NCBI GenBank assembly: GCA_965220745.1 | Contig: CBDCQT010000003.1 | Location: 174,653-238,652 of the forward strand | Origin: Alphaproteobacteria bacterium | GTDB taxonomy: Bacteria > Pseudomonadota > Alphaproteobacteria > UBA828 | Direction: 5' to 3' | Length of the DNA: 64,000 nt | In this document: piece after piece, positions 1 to 8,836 of the stretch | Layout: each line of letters begins with the position of its first letter | Position numbering within the stretch: position 1 is the stretch's first letter | Notes under the pieces: model-generated | The model's database searches: none | Seen by the model: the letters and a program-made list of their open reading frames with translations, nothing else | Told to the model about the DNA's origin: nothing | Position numbers and translations under genes: made by a program

Positions 1-30
1 ATGCGCCCTCAGCGGCGCACTTACGTTCCC

Positions 31-882
31 CTAGAACAGTTGCCGGACGCCGATCTCGAGGAAGTGGATGCGGAGGTCGGTCTCCGTCGTCGTCGAGACC
101 ATACCGTTGTCAGCGCTGAACGACAAGCCGTTGAGGGCCTGCAGGCGGTAGCCGATGTTGAGCGTGGCCGTATCCGACAGAGCGTAGCCGATTCCTGCCC
201 CGATCTGATAGGCGAAGGCGGTGTCGGTGGTGGAGAGCCTGGGAACGTCGGCGGCCTGTAGGGGGCGGAGGCCGGCTAGGGCGGCCAACAACTGCGGATT
301 CTGGGCCGCAGCCATAGCTGCCCTTTGGCTGATCGCGTTTTTCACCGCGTTGGGATCGTAGCTCAAATCGCTTTGGTCGATGCGGATGAGGCCAAGGCCA
401 CCGCCGATGTAAGGGGTCCAGTTATCGCCGGTGTCGAAGTCATACCAGAGGTTCACCATGGCGCCGAACTGGTCGCCAGTGCCCGATACCGGGATGTCCA
501 CATCTCCAAGAAGGTCGGGGGGTAGCGGCAGTCCCGGCAAGGAAATGCCGGTGTGGGTGAGCCTGCTGACCTCGGCCCTGGCGAAGAATATCTCGCCCTC
601 GACGCGGAGGTTGGACTCCAAATGATGGCCGAGGACGGCGCCGAGCTTGAAGCCCGTGTCGTGTTCCGACCTGACCGTGGACTGAAGTTCGATCGGCCCC
701 TGGGGACTCGAGAAGCTTGTGTTGGCGTTGGAGTCGCTATCGTCAATGAACATGAGGGGCATGTTCGCCCCGATGTACCACTCCCCTTCCTGTGCCTTCG
801 CAACTGACGCGACGCTGAATGCAAGACACGCGGCCGTTACTGCTCCAACAATCCAGCGCGATCCGAAGCTGTTTCCAGACAT
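31..882 (-). CDS. Outer-membrane beta-barrel protein (OmpA-like/Msp2-opacity type)
   Basis: Signal peptide ending AKA-Q, LRVEGE and PYIGGGLG strands, AFAYQIGAGIGY, C-terminal Phe. Confidence 0.8.
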   Translation of the reverse strand: MSGNSFGSRWIVGAVTAACLAFSVASVAKAQEGEWYIGANMPLMFIDDSDSNANTSFSSPQGPIELQSTVRSEHDTGFKLGAVLGHHLESNLRVEGEIFFARAEVSRLTHTGISLPGLPLPPDLLGDVDIPVSGTGDQFGAMVNLWYDFDTGDNWTPYIGGGLGLIRIDQSDLSYDPNAVKNAISQRAAMAAAQNPQLLAALAGLRPLQAADVPRLSTTDTAFAYQIGAGIGYALSDTATLNIGYRLQALNGLSFSADNGMVSTTTETDLRIHFLEIGVRQLF

Positions 883-1040
883 TTTCCGGTTCTCCCCGAC
901 TACGCCTCATCTGCCCGTCTAGTCTAGGCTATTGCGAGACGAAACGTGGCGCAAACGTCTGCGGCAGCCTCGACACCCGCGCGTTTTGAACGCGTCGAGA
1001 TACGCGTCTACCGTAAGCGGCGCTCAGCCCGCCTCTTTGC

Positions 1041-1907
1041 TCATCCGCCGGCATCGCGCTCGCGCGTACCCTCGTAGCCGGAGGGCAAGTAGCCAAAGCG
1101 TTCCATTTGGGTGCGGTGACGCTCTACCACGCGGCGGACCTGTGCGTCGTCCAGCACCTCCCGCCAGCCGCCCATCTTGCCGGTCCGGAAGAACCGGTCC
1201 TGCGACGGGGTGCGCTCGATAAAGCCGGTGCGGTCTTCCTGCGCGCGCAGTGAGCGGAAGGACGAGTGCCGCATCGCCCGCTCCAAGCGCTCGCGCGGAG
1301 GCTTGAGGCCGAGGAAGGCCGAAATGGCGCGGAAGGTCGGGCCGGGCCGGCGACCCATGTCTTCGTAGCGCACGACGTGGAGTTGCGGATGCGAGCTGGC
1401 GGTCCAACTCTCGACATGGGTGGACCAGTCACTGTGGTGCTCGGGCACCTGGTCCGCCGACGCGGGCGAATGAAATCCCCTAGTCTCCATGAGCGTGATG
1501 ACGTCGTCCGTCGGCTGGCCCAGGTGGTGGGCGTAGGAGACGACCACGTCGAGCGGGTTGCGCACGACATAGATCGCCCCTGCCGTGAGCGACTGGGTAA
1601 TCATGGGCACGCCATCGGCCTCGACGAGGGCGTTGTGGGTCTTGACCATGACGGTATCGGGCGCGCTCTCGGCGATGAGTGCGTGCACCCTGGGCCTGAG
1701 GCGCGCAAGATCCTCCCCGCCCAGCGCCACCGGCGATCGGGAATCGAACCGCTCGTACCAGTGCGCTTGGCTGTCGCCCGCTGTCAACTCGGACATTCGG
1801 TTGATGTCAAAGGGCGCGCGCGAATTCCGCAGCAGGTTGTGCAGGAAGGCGCGTAGCCACGTGTTGCCCGACTTGGGGTAGGAGGCGAGCCACAGGATAC
1901 CGCTCAT
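1041..1907 (-). CDS. PAPS-dependent sulfotransferase (copy 1)
   Basis: 5'-PSB motif SYPKSGNTW, 3'-PB motif YVVRNPLDVVVS, C-terminal FFRTGKMGGW. Confidence 0.92.
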   Translation of the reverse strand: MSGILWLASYPKSGNTWLRAFLHNLLRNSRAPFDINRMSELTAGDSQAHWYERFDSRSPVALGGEDLARLRPRVHALIAESAPDTVMVKTHNALVEADGVPMITQSLTAGAIYVVRNPLDVVVSYAHHLGQPTDDVITLMETRGFHSPASADQVPEHHSDWSTHVESWTASSHPQLHVVRYEDMGRRPGPTFRAISAFLGLKPPRERLERAMRHSSFRSLRAQEDRTGFIERTPSQDRFFRTGKMGGWREVLDDAQVRRVVERHRTQMERFGYLPSGYEGTRERDAGG

Positions 1908-2061
1908 GAATTATCGCAGAGAGACCGAACGCTTATTAGGCCGGCAATGCCCTTCAGGTGACCGCGCGGCGCGAGTCCAGCAGATGCTGAACGCATCCCG
2001 GTCATCTCCTCCTTCCTGCCCAATCGCCTGATTCGAGCGTGCGGTCGGCTGGAATCCGCCC

Positions 2062-2091
2062 AAAGAAAAGGGAGCGGCCGAAGCCGCTCCC
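2062..2091 (-). terminator. Intrinsic terminator after porin 1
   Basis: GGGAGCGGC-TTCG-GCCGCTCCC stem followed by TTTTCTTT on the minus strand. Confidence 0.8.
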
Positions 2092-2117
2092 CACGCTCTT
2101 GACAACAATGCTCCAGA

Positions 2118-3116
2118 CTAGAAGTTGAGCATCGTCCCCAGAAGGATCTGAGTGAAGTCGTTCGCGCCACTCTCGCCCGCGCCAATCTGCATCCCGACAT
2201 CGATTCCCGGTCCGAGATTGTAGTTGGCATTGAAGGCCACGATGTTGCTGTCGTTGGACTCGTTGTCGCCGTACTGAACGCCCAGCATCATGGGGCCGTC
2301 GGTCCAGGACACACCAATGTCGGACTTCGAGGTCGTGACACCACCGATTTCCTGATCGTACACGGCGCCGCCTAGCGCGATCTGGTCGATGCTGATCGAG
2401 GCCCCGTAACGCATGCCCTCGGGATCCGCACCGCCGTCTTCGTTCGTGTAGCCCTCGTAGCTGACATTGGCGCTGAAGCTGCCGCCCATGACGTCGACCG
2501 AATAGCTAAGGGCGGCGGAGACCCCCTCCGAGTTCTGCCCCGGGTCGGCAGTACCCGTTCCGCCATAGGAGGCTGTCGTATCCTCGGGCGCGTAGCTCGC
2601 GGCAAGGGAAATGCCGTTAAAGCTTGGCGAGAAGTAGAGGACCTTGATCGCATCCTCATTCATGATGGCGTTCGTCGTCCACATGCCGCCGATGCCGCCG
2701 AACCAAGGCGACTTGATGCCGCCGATAGGCACGGTCCCGCCTGGCGCCCAGACGACCGTCTGCTGCGCGGCGCCTTCGATTGCGCCGACGTGCAGGGAGC
2801 CGAAACCGCCGCTAAAGGTGATTTCCTGCTCGTCGCTGTGCTCGTAGTCGTTGGCGGCGAAGCGGACCCTGACGCCAACGGTGATGCCGTTGTCGAGGGT
2901 AGACGAGCCCGCGATCTGCATCTCCATGTTCTGCTGGATGACGTGGCCGCGATCATCCATGGCACCGTCCATGTCTCGGGCGACGAGAGCGGTGGTGTAG
3001 TAGCCGCCCACGCCTACGCTGATCGGCTCGGCCATCATCTCATCGGCAGACGCGACATTGCTGGCCAGCAGGCCAACAGCCGCGAGTGCCGTAGTTCCCA
3101 ACAATACCTTCTTCAT
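2118..3116 (-). CDS. Alphaproteobacterial porin (porin 1); no Shine-Dalgarno upstream in this orientation
   Basis: MKKVLLGTTAL signal peptide, TLDNGITVG, GGFGSLHVG, KVLYFSPSFNG, YNLGPGI, terminal Phe. Confidence 0.9.
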   Translation of the reverse strand: MKKVLLGTTALAAVGLLASNVASADEMMAEPISVGVGGYYTTALVARDMDGAMDDRGHVIQQNMEMQIAGSSTLDNGITVGVRVRFAANDYEHSDEQEITFSGGFGSLHVGAIEGAAQQTVVWAPGGTVPIGGIKSPWFGGIGGMWTTNAIMNEDAIKVLYFSPSFNGISLAASYAPEDTTASYGGTGTADPGQNSEGVSAALSYSVDVMGGSFSANVSYEGYTNEDGGADPEGMRYGASISIDQIALGGAVYDQEIGGVTTSKSDIGVSWTDGPMMLGVQYGDNESNDSNIVAFNANYNLGPGIDVGMQIGAGESGANDFTQILLGTMLNF

Positions 3117-3121
3117 GCTTC
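3107..3121 (-). repeat. Core site GAAGCATGAAGAAGG over the porin 1 start codon (inverted partner of 7228-7242)
   Basis: ccttcttcatgcttc is the exact reverse complement of 7228-7242. Confidence 0.9.
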
Positions 3122-3523
3122 GCGAGCGCAATTTTGGAGGTGATTCTGTACTCCGCTGTTATGATGGGGTAATTATGAGGTCCTGACGCGCTGGCGCTGA
3201 GCGCCCGAGAATTTCCGTAAGCGCTCAGGAAGCGGATTGATTACAACGTAAGCGTAGTCCTGCGTATTCCTGTCGGTAAGCGTTCCGTTCGCCCGTGGAG
3301 ATGTTGATCCACCCGCCGTTTCGCTTCCGCCAGCCCGATGATCGCAGGGGCGATTTTAGCGGCTGAGCGCGCGTTGCCAATCCCTTCTGAGCGGCCGGAG
3401 CCAGACGTCCTTGCGGGGCTTTGGGGCTGTGGAGACCGTGCCGTGTCGGCACAGTCCTCCGCGCCGAATCGAGCTTGTACAAGTCGCTGGTAACATGATT
3501 CGACATGCGCTATCGTCGAGCGC

Positions 3524-5923
3524 ATGGCGGTTCTCGACGATGATTTCCGCGCAGACGGGACGCTGAACGAGGGCGGTGACGGGCTCTGGTCGCCCCCCAG
3601 GCCGGCGCCATCGGGTGCGCCGCACGATTTGCCATCCCTGTACGAGCAGGAACGGGCGCGGGCCGACGCGGCCGAGGCACGCTGCGAAGAACTGCGCCAA
3701 GCGGAGCTTTCCGCCCGTACTGACGCTGGTTCGTGGAAGTCGCGCTTCAAGTCCTGCCGACGCCGGCTGAGCGAGGCCGAGGAGGAGACGAAGGAACTGC
3801 GCCGCGCGGCGAAGGACGTGCCGTCGTTGCAGGCCCAAGTGGCGCGCCTGACGACGCTGCTTTCCGAAGCCGGCATCGAGTCGAGCGAGACCGGGAAGGT
3901 CGAGGTGCTGGGCAAGGAAGTCGCCCGGCTTCGCAGGGCCTTGGCAGCGCAGCCGGGGAAGGCTGCGGCCGGGGAGGCTCGGCGGGCTCGCACGGCGCTG
4001 GAACAGGCGCAGCAGCACAAGGACACCATCAGGACGCAGCGCAAGGAGATCACCCGGCTGAACCGGGAAGTGGCCCGGCGCGACAAGGAGCTGGTCCGGC
4101 TCAATGAGCGCCTCGGCCAGCAGAAGGAACGGACGGAGGACATCAGGGAGACCGCCAAGAATCTGTCACAGGACTCTCTCCGGCTCTACAGGGAGGTCGG
4201 GTTCCTGCGCGACGCCGAGGCCCGATCCCGGTCGCTGTCCGAGGAGAACTTCTGGCTGCGCCATGCGCTTGACGTGTCCAGGCACGGGCAGAAGAAGTTG
4301 ACGGCCCGGATCGCCAAGCTCCGCGCGGCCGGAGCGACGCTGACGAAGTTGTCGTTCGACGAGGCGGCTCACCTGCGCAACGTTCTGCGACGGTCGCGAC
4401 GTCAGAAGACCATGATCGCCCGGCTGCGCAAGGAGAACGCCCGGCTGCGAAGGACCGCGCAGAGGGCGCGGAACCGGGTCGAGGCGCTGGAAGCCGACAT
4501 CGCGCGGCTGCGCTCGACCGGAGCGGTGCTGTCGAGAAGGCTCTACGGACGCAAGAGCGAGCAGCAGAAGAAGCCGGGCACGGGACGCAAGCGCGGCCAG
4601 CAGCGCGGCGCGCCCGGCCATGGCCGTACCCAGCGGCCCGGACTCGACGAACGGCTCGAAGAGCTCGAAGTGCCGGAGCAGGCGCGGGTCTGCGGGCACT
4701 GCGGCCAACCCTATGCGCCGAACGGCGCGGAGGTGTCCGCCCTGATCGAGTTCGAGGTCATCGTGTACAAGCGCGTGATCAGCCGTGAGCGATTGCGCCG
4801 GACCTGCGCGTGTGCGTCCTCGCCCGTGGAAGTGACCGCGCCCCCGGCGCCGCGGCTGTTCCCCACGACATCCTACGGAATCACCTTCTGGGCGCGCTTC
4901 CTCTTCGAGCACTGCGCCTGCTTCCGGCCCCTGCGCCGCGTCGCCGCGTGGTTCTCCAGCCAGGGACTGGCGGTCTCGCCGGGGACGCTGGCCAACAGCC
5001 GCAAGCGCTTCGCGGCGCTGTTCGAGAGCCTGTACGAGGCGATCCTCGCGCATCAGAACACCGCGGCGCTGCGCCATGCCGACGAGACCTCATGGCGCGT
5101 GCAGGAACTTCGTGGCGACGACTGCTCGAGCCGCGCCTGGCTGTGGACTTCGGTCAGCAGCGACGCGGTCTGCTTCCATATCGACCCGAGCCGCAGCGCC
5201 GAGGCGGCGCTCAAGCTGTTCGCCGAAGCCCTGCCCGGCACGATCATCGTCTGCGACCGCTATAGCGCGTACAAGCGCCTTGTTCGCCTTCTCGGGGACA
5301 TGGCGATTCTGGCCTACTGTTGGGCTCATCAACGCCGCGATTTTGTCGAGGCCGCCGCCGGCCAGCCTCGGCTGGAGCAATGGTGCCAGGGATGGGTCGG
5401 GCGGATCGCGGAGATCTACCGGCTGAACGGGGAGCGGCTCGAACATTACGACCCCGGCAGCAAACGCCAGACGGCGGCGTTCAGGAAGGCGACGCGCAAG
5501 CTGAAGAAGGCGCTCGACCGGCTGTTCGCGCAGGCCGAAGCGGAACTGGCCGCCTTGCCGGACCACGCGCGCGAGGCCAGGGCGCTGCGCTCCCTGCTCA
5601 ACCATCGCGAGGGGCTGTGCGTCTTCGTCGACAACCCCCTGGTCCCCATGGACAACAATTTTGCCGAGAGAATCCTGCGCGCGCCCGCGATAGGGCGAGG
5701 GTTGTCGCACGGCTCCGACAGCGAGGACGGCGCCCGGTTCACCGCGATCATGTACTCGGTCGTCGCCACGCTCTCGATGAACGGCATCGACGTCCTGCGC
5801 TGGCTTCAGGCGTGGCTCGAAGCGTGCGCGAAGAACGGCGGCCAACCGCCCGATGACCTGTCGGCCTGGCTGCCATGGTCGATGAGCGAGAAGCGCAGGC
5901 GCAAGTTCACGGCGCCGGGATGA
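3524..5923 (+). CDS. tnpC: IS66 DDE transposase with long N-terminal coiled coil
   Basis: LYGRKSE, RGQQRGAPGHGR, CxxC, HADETSW, CDRYSAY, CWAHQRRDF, DNNFAER, WLPW. Confidence 0.93.
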   Translation: MAVLDDDFRADGTLNEGGDGLWSPPRPAPSGAPHDLPSLYEQERARADAAEARCEELRQAELSARTDAGSWKSRFKSCRRRLSEAEEETKELRRAAKDVPSLQAQVARLTTLLSEAGIESSETGKVEVLGKEVARLRRALAAQPGKAAAGEARRARTALEQAQQHKDTIRTQRKEITRLNREVARRDKELVRLNERLGQQKERTEDIRETAKNLSQDSLRLYREVGFLRDAEARSRSLSEENFWLRHALDVSRHGQKKLTARIAKLRAAGATLTKLSFDEAAHLRNVLRRSRRQKTMIARLRKENARLRRTAQRARNRVEALEADIARLRSTGAVLSRRLYGRKSEQQKKPGTGRKRGQQRGAPGHGRTQRPGLDERLEELEVPEQARVCGHCGQPYAPNGAEVSALIEFEVIVYKRVISRERLRRTCACASSPVEVTAPPAPRLFPTTSYGITFWARFLFEHCACFRPLRRVAAWFSSQGLAVSPGTLANSRKRFAALFESLYEAILAHQNTAALRHADETSWRVQELRGDDCSSRAWLWTSVSSDAVCFHIDPSRSAEAALKLFAEALPGTIIVCDRYSAYKRLVRLLGDMAILAYCWAHQRRDFVEAAAGQPRLEQWCQGWVGRIAEIYRLNGERLEHYDPGSKRQTAAFRKATRKLKKALDRLFAQAEAELAALPDHAREARALRSLLNHREGLCVFVDNPLVPMDNNFAERILRAPAIGRGLSHGSDSEDGARFTAIMYSVVATLSMNGIDVLRWLQAWLEACAKNGGQPPDDLSAWLPWSMSEKRRRKFTAPG

Positions 5924-6801
5924 CCGGCGCGGTCGAGTGCCGCTACTACGGCCGCGACTTCACCACTGAGGAAATGGCGTTGCTGCGCGCCCTCGTCGCG
6001 TCCGACCCGCAGCCGACCCGCGCCGCCCTGTCGAGAGAGTTCTGCCGGCGCATCGGCTGGCTCAAGCCCGACGGCGGGATCAAGGACATGATGGCCCGTG
6101 TCACCATGCTCGCCATGCACCGCGACGGCGTGATCGCCCTGCCGCCGCCGAGGAGTCGGAAGCACCGGCCCAGGCCGATCGTGTTCGGACCCGACACCGA
6201 GCCGCCGCTGTTCCCTCCACCGACGACCCTCGACGAGGTCCGCCCCCTCGACTTCCGCATCGTCGTGAGCGGCAGCCGGGAAGGCAGGCTGTGGAACGAG
6301 TTCGTCGCCCGCTACCACTACCTCGGATACAAGACCCTGGTCGGCGCCCAGATGCGCTACGCCGTCCATGACCGCAACGGCTGGCCGCTCGCCATGCTCG
6401 GCTTCTCCACCGCCGCCTGGAAGCTCGCCCCGCGCGACCGCTTCATCGGATGGACGCCCGAGATGCGCGAGAAAAACCTGCCGCTCGTGGTCGACAACCC
6501 GCGCTTCCTGATATCGCCGTGGATCGAGATCCCCAACCTCGGCTCGCACATCCTCGCCATCGTGCGCCGCCGCCTGCCCACCGACTGGTCCGAGCGCTAC
6601 AACGTCACGCCCGTGCTGATCGAGACCTTCGTCGAAACCCCGCGCTACACCGGCGCCGTCTACCGGGCCTCGGGCTGGACCCATGTCGGGACCACCCAGG
6701 GGCGCGGACGCTACGACCGGGACAGGTTCTACGACAAGCCCCGCAAGGACGTCTGGCTCCGGCCGCTCAGAAGGGATTGGCAACGCGCGCTCAGCCGCTA
6801 A
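5920..6801 (+). CDS. DUF4338 (DruA-like) protein, IS-associated
   Basis: YHYLG...G.QMRY, RDRFIGW, NPRFLI.PW, LIETFV, G.VYRASGW..VG.TQGRGR; ATG overlaps the tnpC stop. Confidence 0.85.
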   Translation: MTGAVECRYYGRDFTTEEMALLRALVASDPQPTRAALSREFCRRIGWLKPDGGIKDMMARVTMLAMHRDGVIALPPPRSRKHRPRPIVFGPDTEPPLFPPPTTLDEVRPLDFRIVVSGSREGRLWNEFVARYHYLGYKTLVGAQMRYAVHDRNGWPLAMLGFSTAAWKLAPRDRFIGWTPEMREKNLPLVVDNPRFLISPWIEIPNLGSHILAIVRRRLPTDWSERYNVTPVLIETFVETPRYTGAVYRASGWTHVGTTQGRGRYDRDRFYDKPRKDVWLRPLRRDWQRALSR

Positions 6802-7227
6802 AATCGCCCCTGCGATCATCGGGCTGGCGGAAGCGAAGCGGCGGGTGGATCAACATCTCCACGGGCAAACGGAACGCTTACTCCTGTCGCTCAAACCCTA
6901 CATGTCGACGGCGGGATCGCCCCTCTCGGGGTCGAGTCGCACGCTCTCGACGGCGGCGACTCGGGCCGGTCCGGGACGAGGCGGGAGAGCGGGATCGGGT
7001 CGGTGCCGGCGGGCCTGATTGACGTGCGTGGCATGGCGGAGAGGGGGTGTCGTGGCATTTTGGCCACAGTGCCCATGGAAAACGACCGACCGTTAGAATT
7101 CGGTCATAAATTCGGTTGCGCGAGGGGGGTCGGTTGCCTCATTCTCCGGCTCCAGTGGGTTGGGACCGGTCCGAGCACGGGCGGTATGAGACCCAGAGGC
7201 TTTGGACCAATGAAAACAGAGGAGACA

Positions 7228-7242
7228 GAAGCATGAAGAAGG
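7228..7242 (+). repeat. Core site GAAGCATGAAGAAGG followed by non-porin sequence (attL-like junction)
   Basis: Porin RBS and ATG present, but the frame ends after 27 codons (stop at 7316); homology to the porin loci ends exactly here. Confidence 0.85.
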
Positions 7243-7274
7243 AAGCGCGCTGTATGGGCAAGCGCTTCGTTCAT

Positions 7275-7399
7275 GCGACATTCCTACGCTTGACTACGAT
7301 TGGCTACGACAAGTAGCTGATTCTATACACTGATCGTTCATCCCTCCCCGTAGCTTCCGTATCGACTTCGCGACTCCTGTACGCAGGCGTACGCAGGGG
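7275..7399 (+). promoter_or_regulatory. Two arrays of ~10-bp periodic direct repeats upstream of the integrases
   Basis: GCGACATTCC-TACGCTTGAC-TACGATTGGC-TACGACAAGT (7275-7314) and GCGACTCCTG-TACGCAGGCG-TACGCAGGGG (7370-7399), then TTGACA at 7401. Confidence 0.7.
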
Positions 7400-7606
7400 T
7401 TTGACACCACTTGCTTGCGTGGCGCTTACGGGATCGTGTACCCTCTCCCGGCGTGGTCGAGGCGTTCGGCCACGCGGCGACGGCGGGATCGAGGTGCCGT
7501 GCGTATGTTGGCGCGGCCCAGATCATATGGGGTGCAACAGCCTCCCTGACCATCGCCATTTCATGATCGAACGCCCTCTCGCGGTGGTCAACGGGGTGGT
7601 GATTTT

Positions 7607-8797
7607 ATGTCACAGTACGGTGAGCGCACAATCTCAAAACGGACCGTCGATGCCCTTTCCGTCGAGGATCGGGACGCCATCTTCTGGGACCGGGACCTGT
7701 CCGGCTTCGGGGTGCGCGTCTACCCCTCCGGCCGCAAGGTCTACGTGGTGCAGAGCCGGGGTCCGGGGGGCTCCAGGCGGGTCACGCTGGGCCGGCACGG
7801 GAAGATCACCGCAGAGCAGGCGCGCAAGCGCGCCGCCGGGATCATCGACAGGATCAAGACCGGGCAGGAGCCGCTGCCGGTTGAGCCCAAGAAGGAGAAG
7901 GGGCCGACCGTAGCCGACCTTGCCGACCGCTTCATGCGCGCGCATGTGGCGGTGAACTGCAAGCCTGCGACGGCGGTGCGCTATGGCGGGCTGCTCAGGA
8001 ACTGCATCCTGCCCGTCCTGGGCTCCATGCCCATCGGCTCGGTCGAGCGCACGCACGTGGCGGACCTGCACTACGCGCTGCGTGACCGGCCGAGCTCGGC
8101 GAACAGGTCGGTCGACATTCTGAAGAAGATGTATTCCCTGGCCGAGGTGTGGGGCCTTCACCCGCAGGGGCGGAACCCGTGCCGGTCCGTGCGCAAGTAC
8201 AAGGAGCGCAAGCCACAGCGGTTCCTGAGCGCCGAGGAGTACCAGTGCCTGGGCCGGGTCCTGGACGAGATGGAGGCGGAGGGCACGGCCTGGCTCCCCG
8301 CGATTGCCGCGATTCGCCTGCTGATCCTGACCGGCTGCCGGCGCAACGAGATCCTGTCGCTGCGATGGGACGACGTCGACCGGTCCTCGGGCGAGTTGCG
8401 CCTGAGGGATGCGAAGACGGGCGGCAGGATGGTACCGCTGACGCCCACGGCGGCGGCGGTGCTGGACGCGATCCCGCGCATGCCGGGCAGTCCGTGGGTG
8501 ATCGCAGGGAAGCGGCCGGGGAAGCACCTGAGGAACGTCAACGAGCTCTGGTATCGCCTGCGGGTCCGGGCCGACCTGAAGGACGTGCGCCTCCATGACC
8601 TGCGTCATTCCTGGGCCAGCAGGGCGCTGGCGCTCGGCGAGAGCCTGCCGATGATCGGCAGGCAGCTGGGCCACACGCAGGTGCAGACGACGGCGCGCTA
8701 CGCGCACCTGGCACAGGACACGGAGAAGGTCTCTGCGGCCAGGGTGGCGGACAGCATCGAGGCCGACATCATGGTTCCGGACGCGGAGGCGGCATGA
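7607..8797 (+). CDS. Tyrosine recombinase/integrase with N-terminal arm-binding domain (Int1)
   Basis: WDRDLSGFGVRV arm domain; catalytic R (TGCRRNE), K (AKTG), HDLRH, LGH, Y (TARYAH). Confidence 0.95.
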   Translation: MSQYGERTISKRTVDALSVEDRDAIFWDRDLSGFGVRVYPSGRKVYVVQSRGPGGSRRVTLGRHGKITAEQARKRAAGIIDRIKTGQEPLPVEPKKEKGPTVADLADRFMRAHVAVNCKPATAVRYGGLLRNCILPVLGSMPIGSVERTHVADLHYALRDRPSSANRSVDILKKMYSLAEVWGLHPQGRNPCRSVRKYKERKPQRFLSAEEYQCLGRVLDEMEAEGTAWLPAIAAIRLLILTGCRRNEILSLRWDDVDRSSGELRLRDAKTGGRMVPLTPTAAAVLDAIPRMPGSPWVIAGKRPGKHLRNVNELWYRLRVRADLKDVRLHDLRHSWASRALALGESLPMIGRQLGHTQVQTTARYAHLAQDTEKVSAARVADSIEADIMVPDAEAA

Positions 8798-8836
8798 TGC
8801 GCGGGGGACCGGGTACAACCGAGGAGATCGCGCGCC

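Larger units (their letters stand above)
3276..6881 (+). mobile_element. IS66-family element with 146-bp terminal inverted repeats and a DUF4338 passenger
   Basis: Ends GTAAGCG...CGCTTAC; TIR 3276-3421/6736-6881; 8-bp TSD TCCTGTCG at 3268-3275 and 6882-6889; empty site visible at 39832-39839. Confidence 0.95.
3122..7227. promoter_or_regulatory. 492-bp putative invertible promoter/RBS segment, copy 1 (split by IS66)
   Basis: 4106 bp minus the 3606-bp IS and 8-bp TSD gives 492 bp; near-identical inverted copy of 39494-39985; GAGGAG RBS only at the 7227 end. Confidence 0.7.

Noticed and set aside
5920-6801. Druantia defence system (two DruA-like genes)
   Set aside because: One lies inside IS66 ends, the other is a truncated fragment; no DruE-like helicase or other dru genes.
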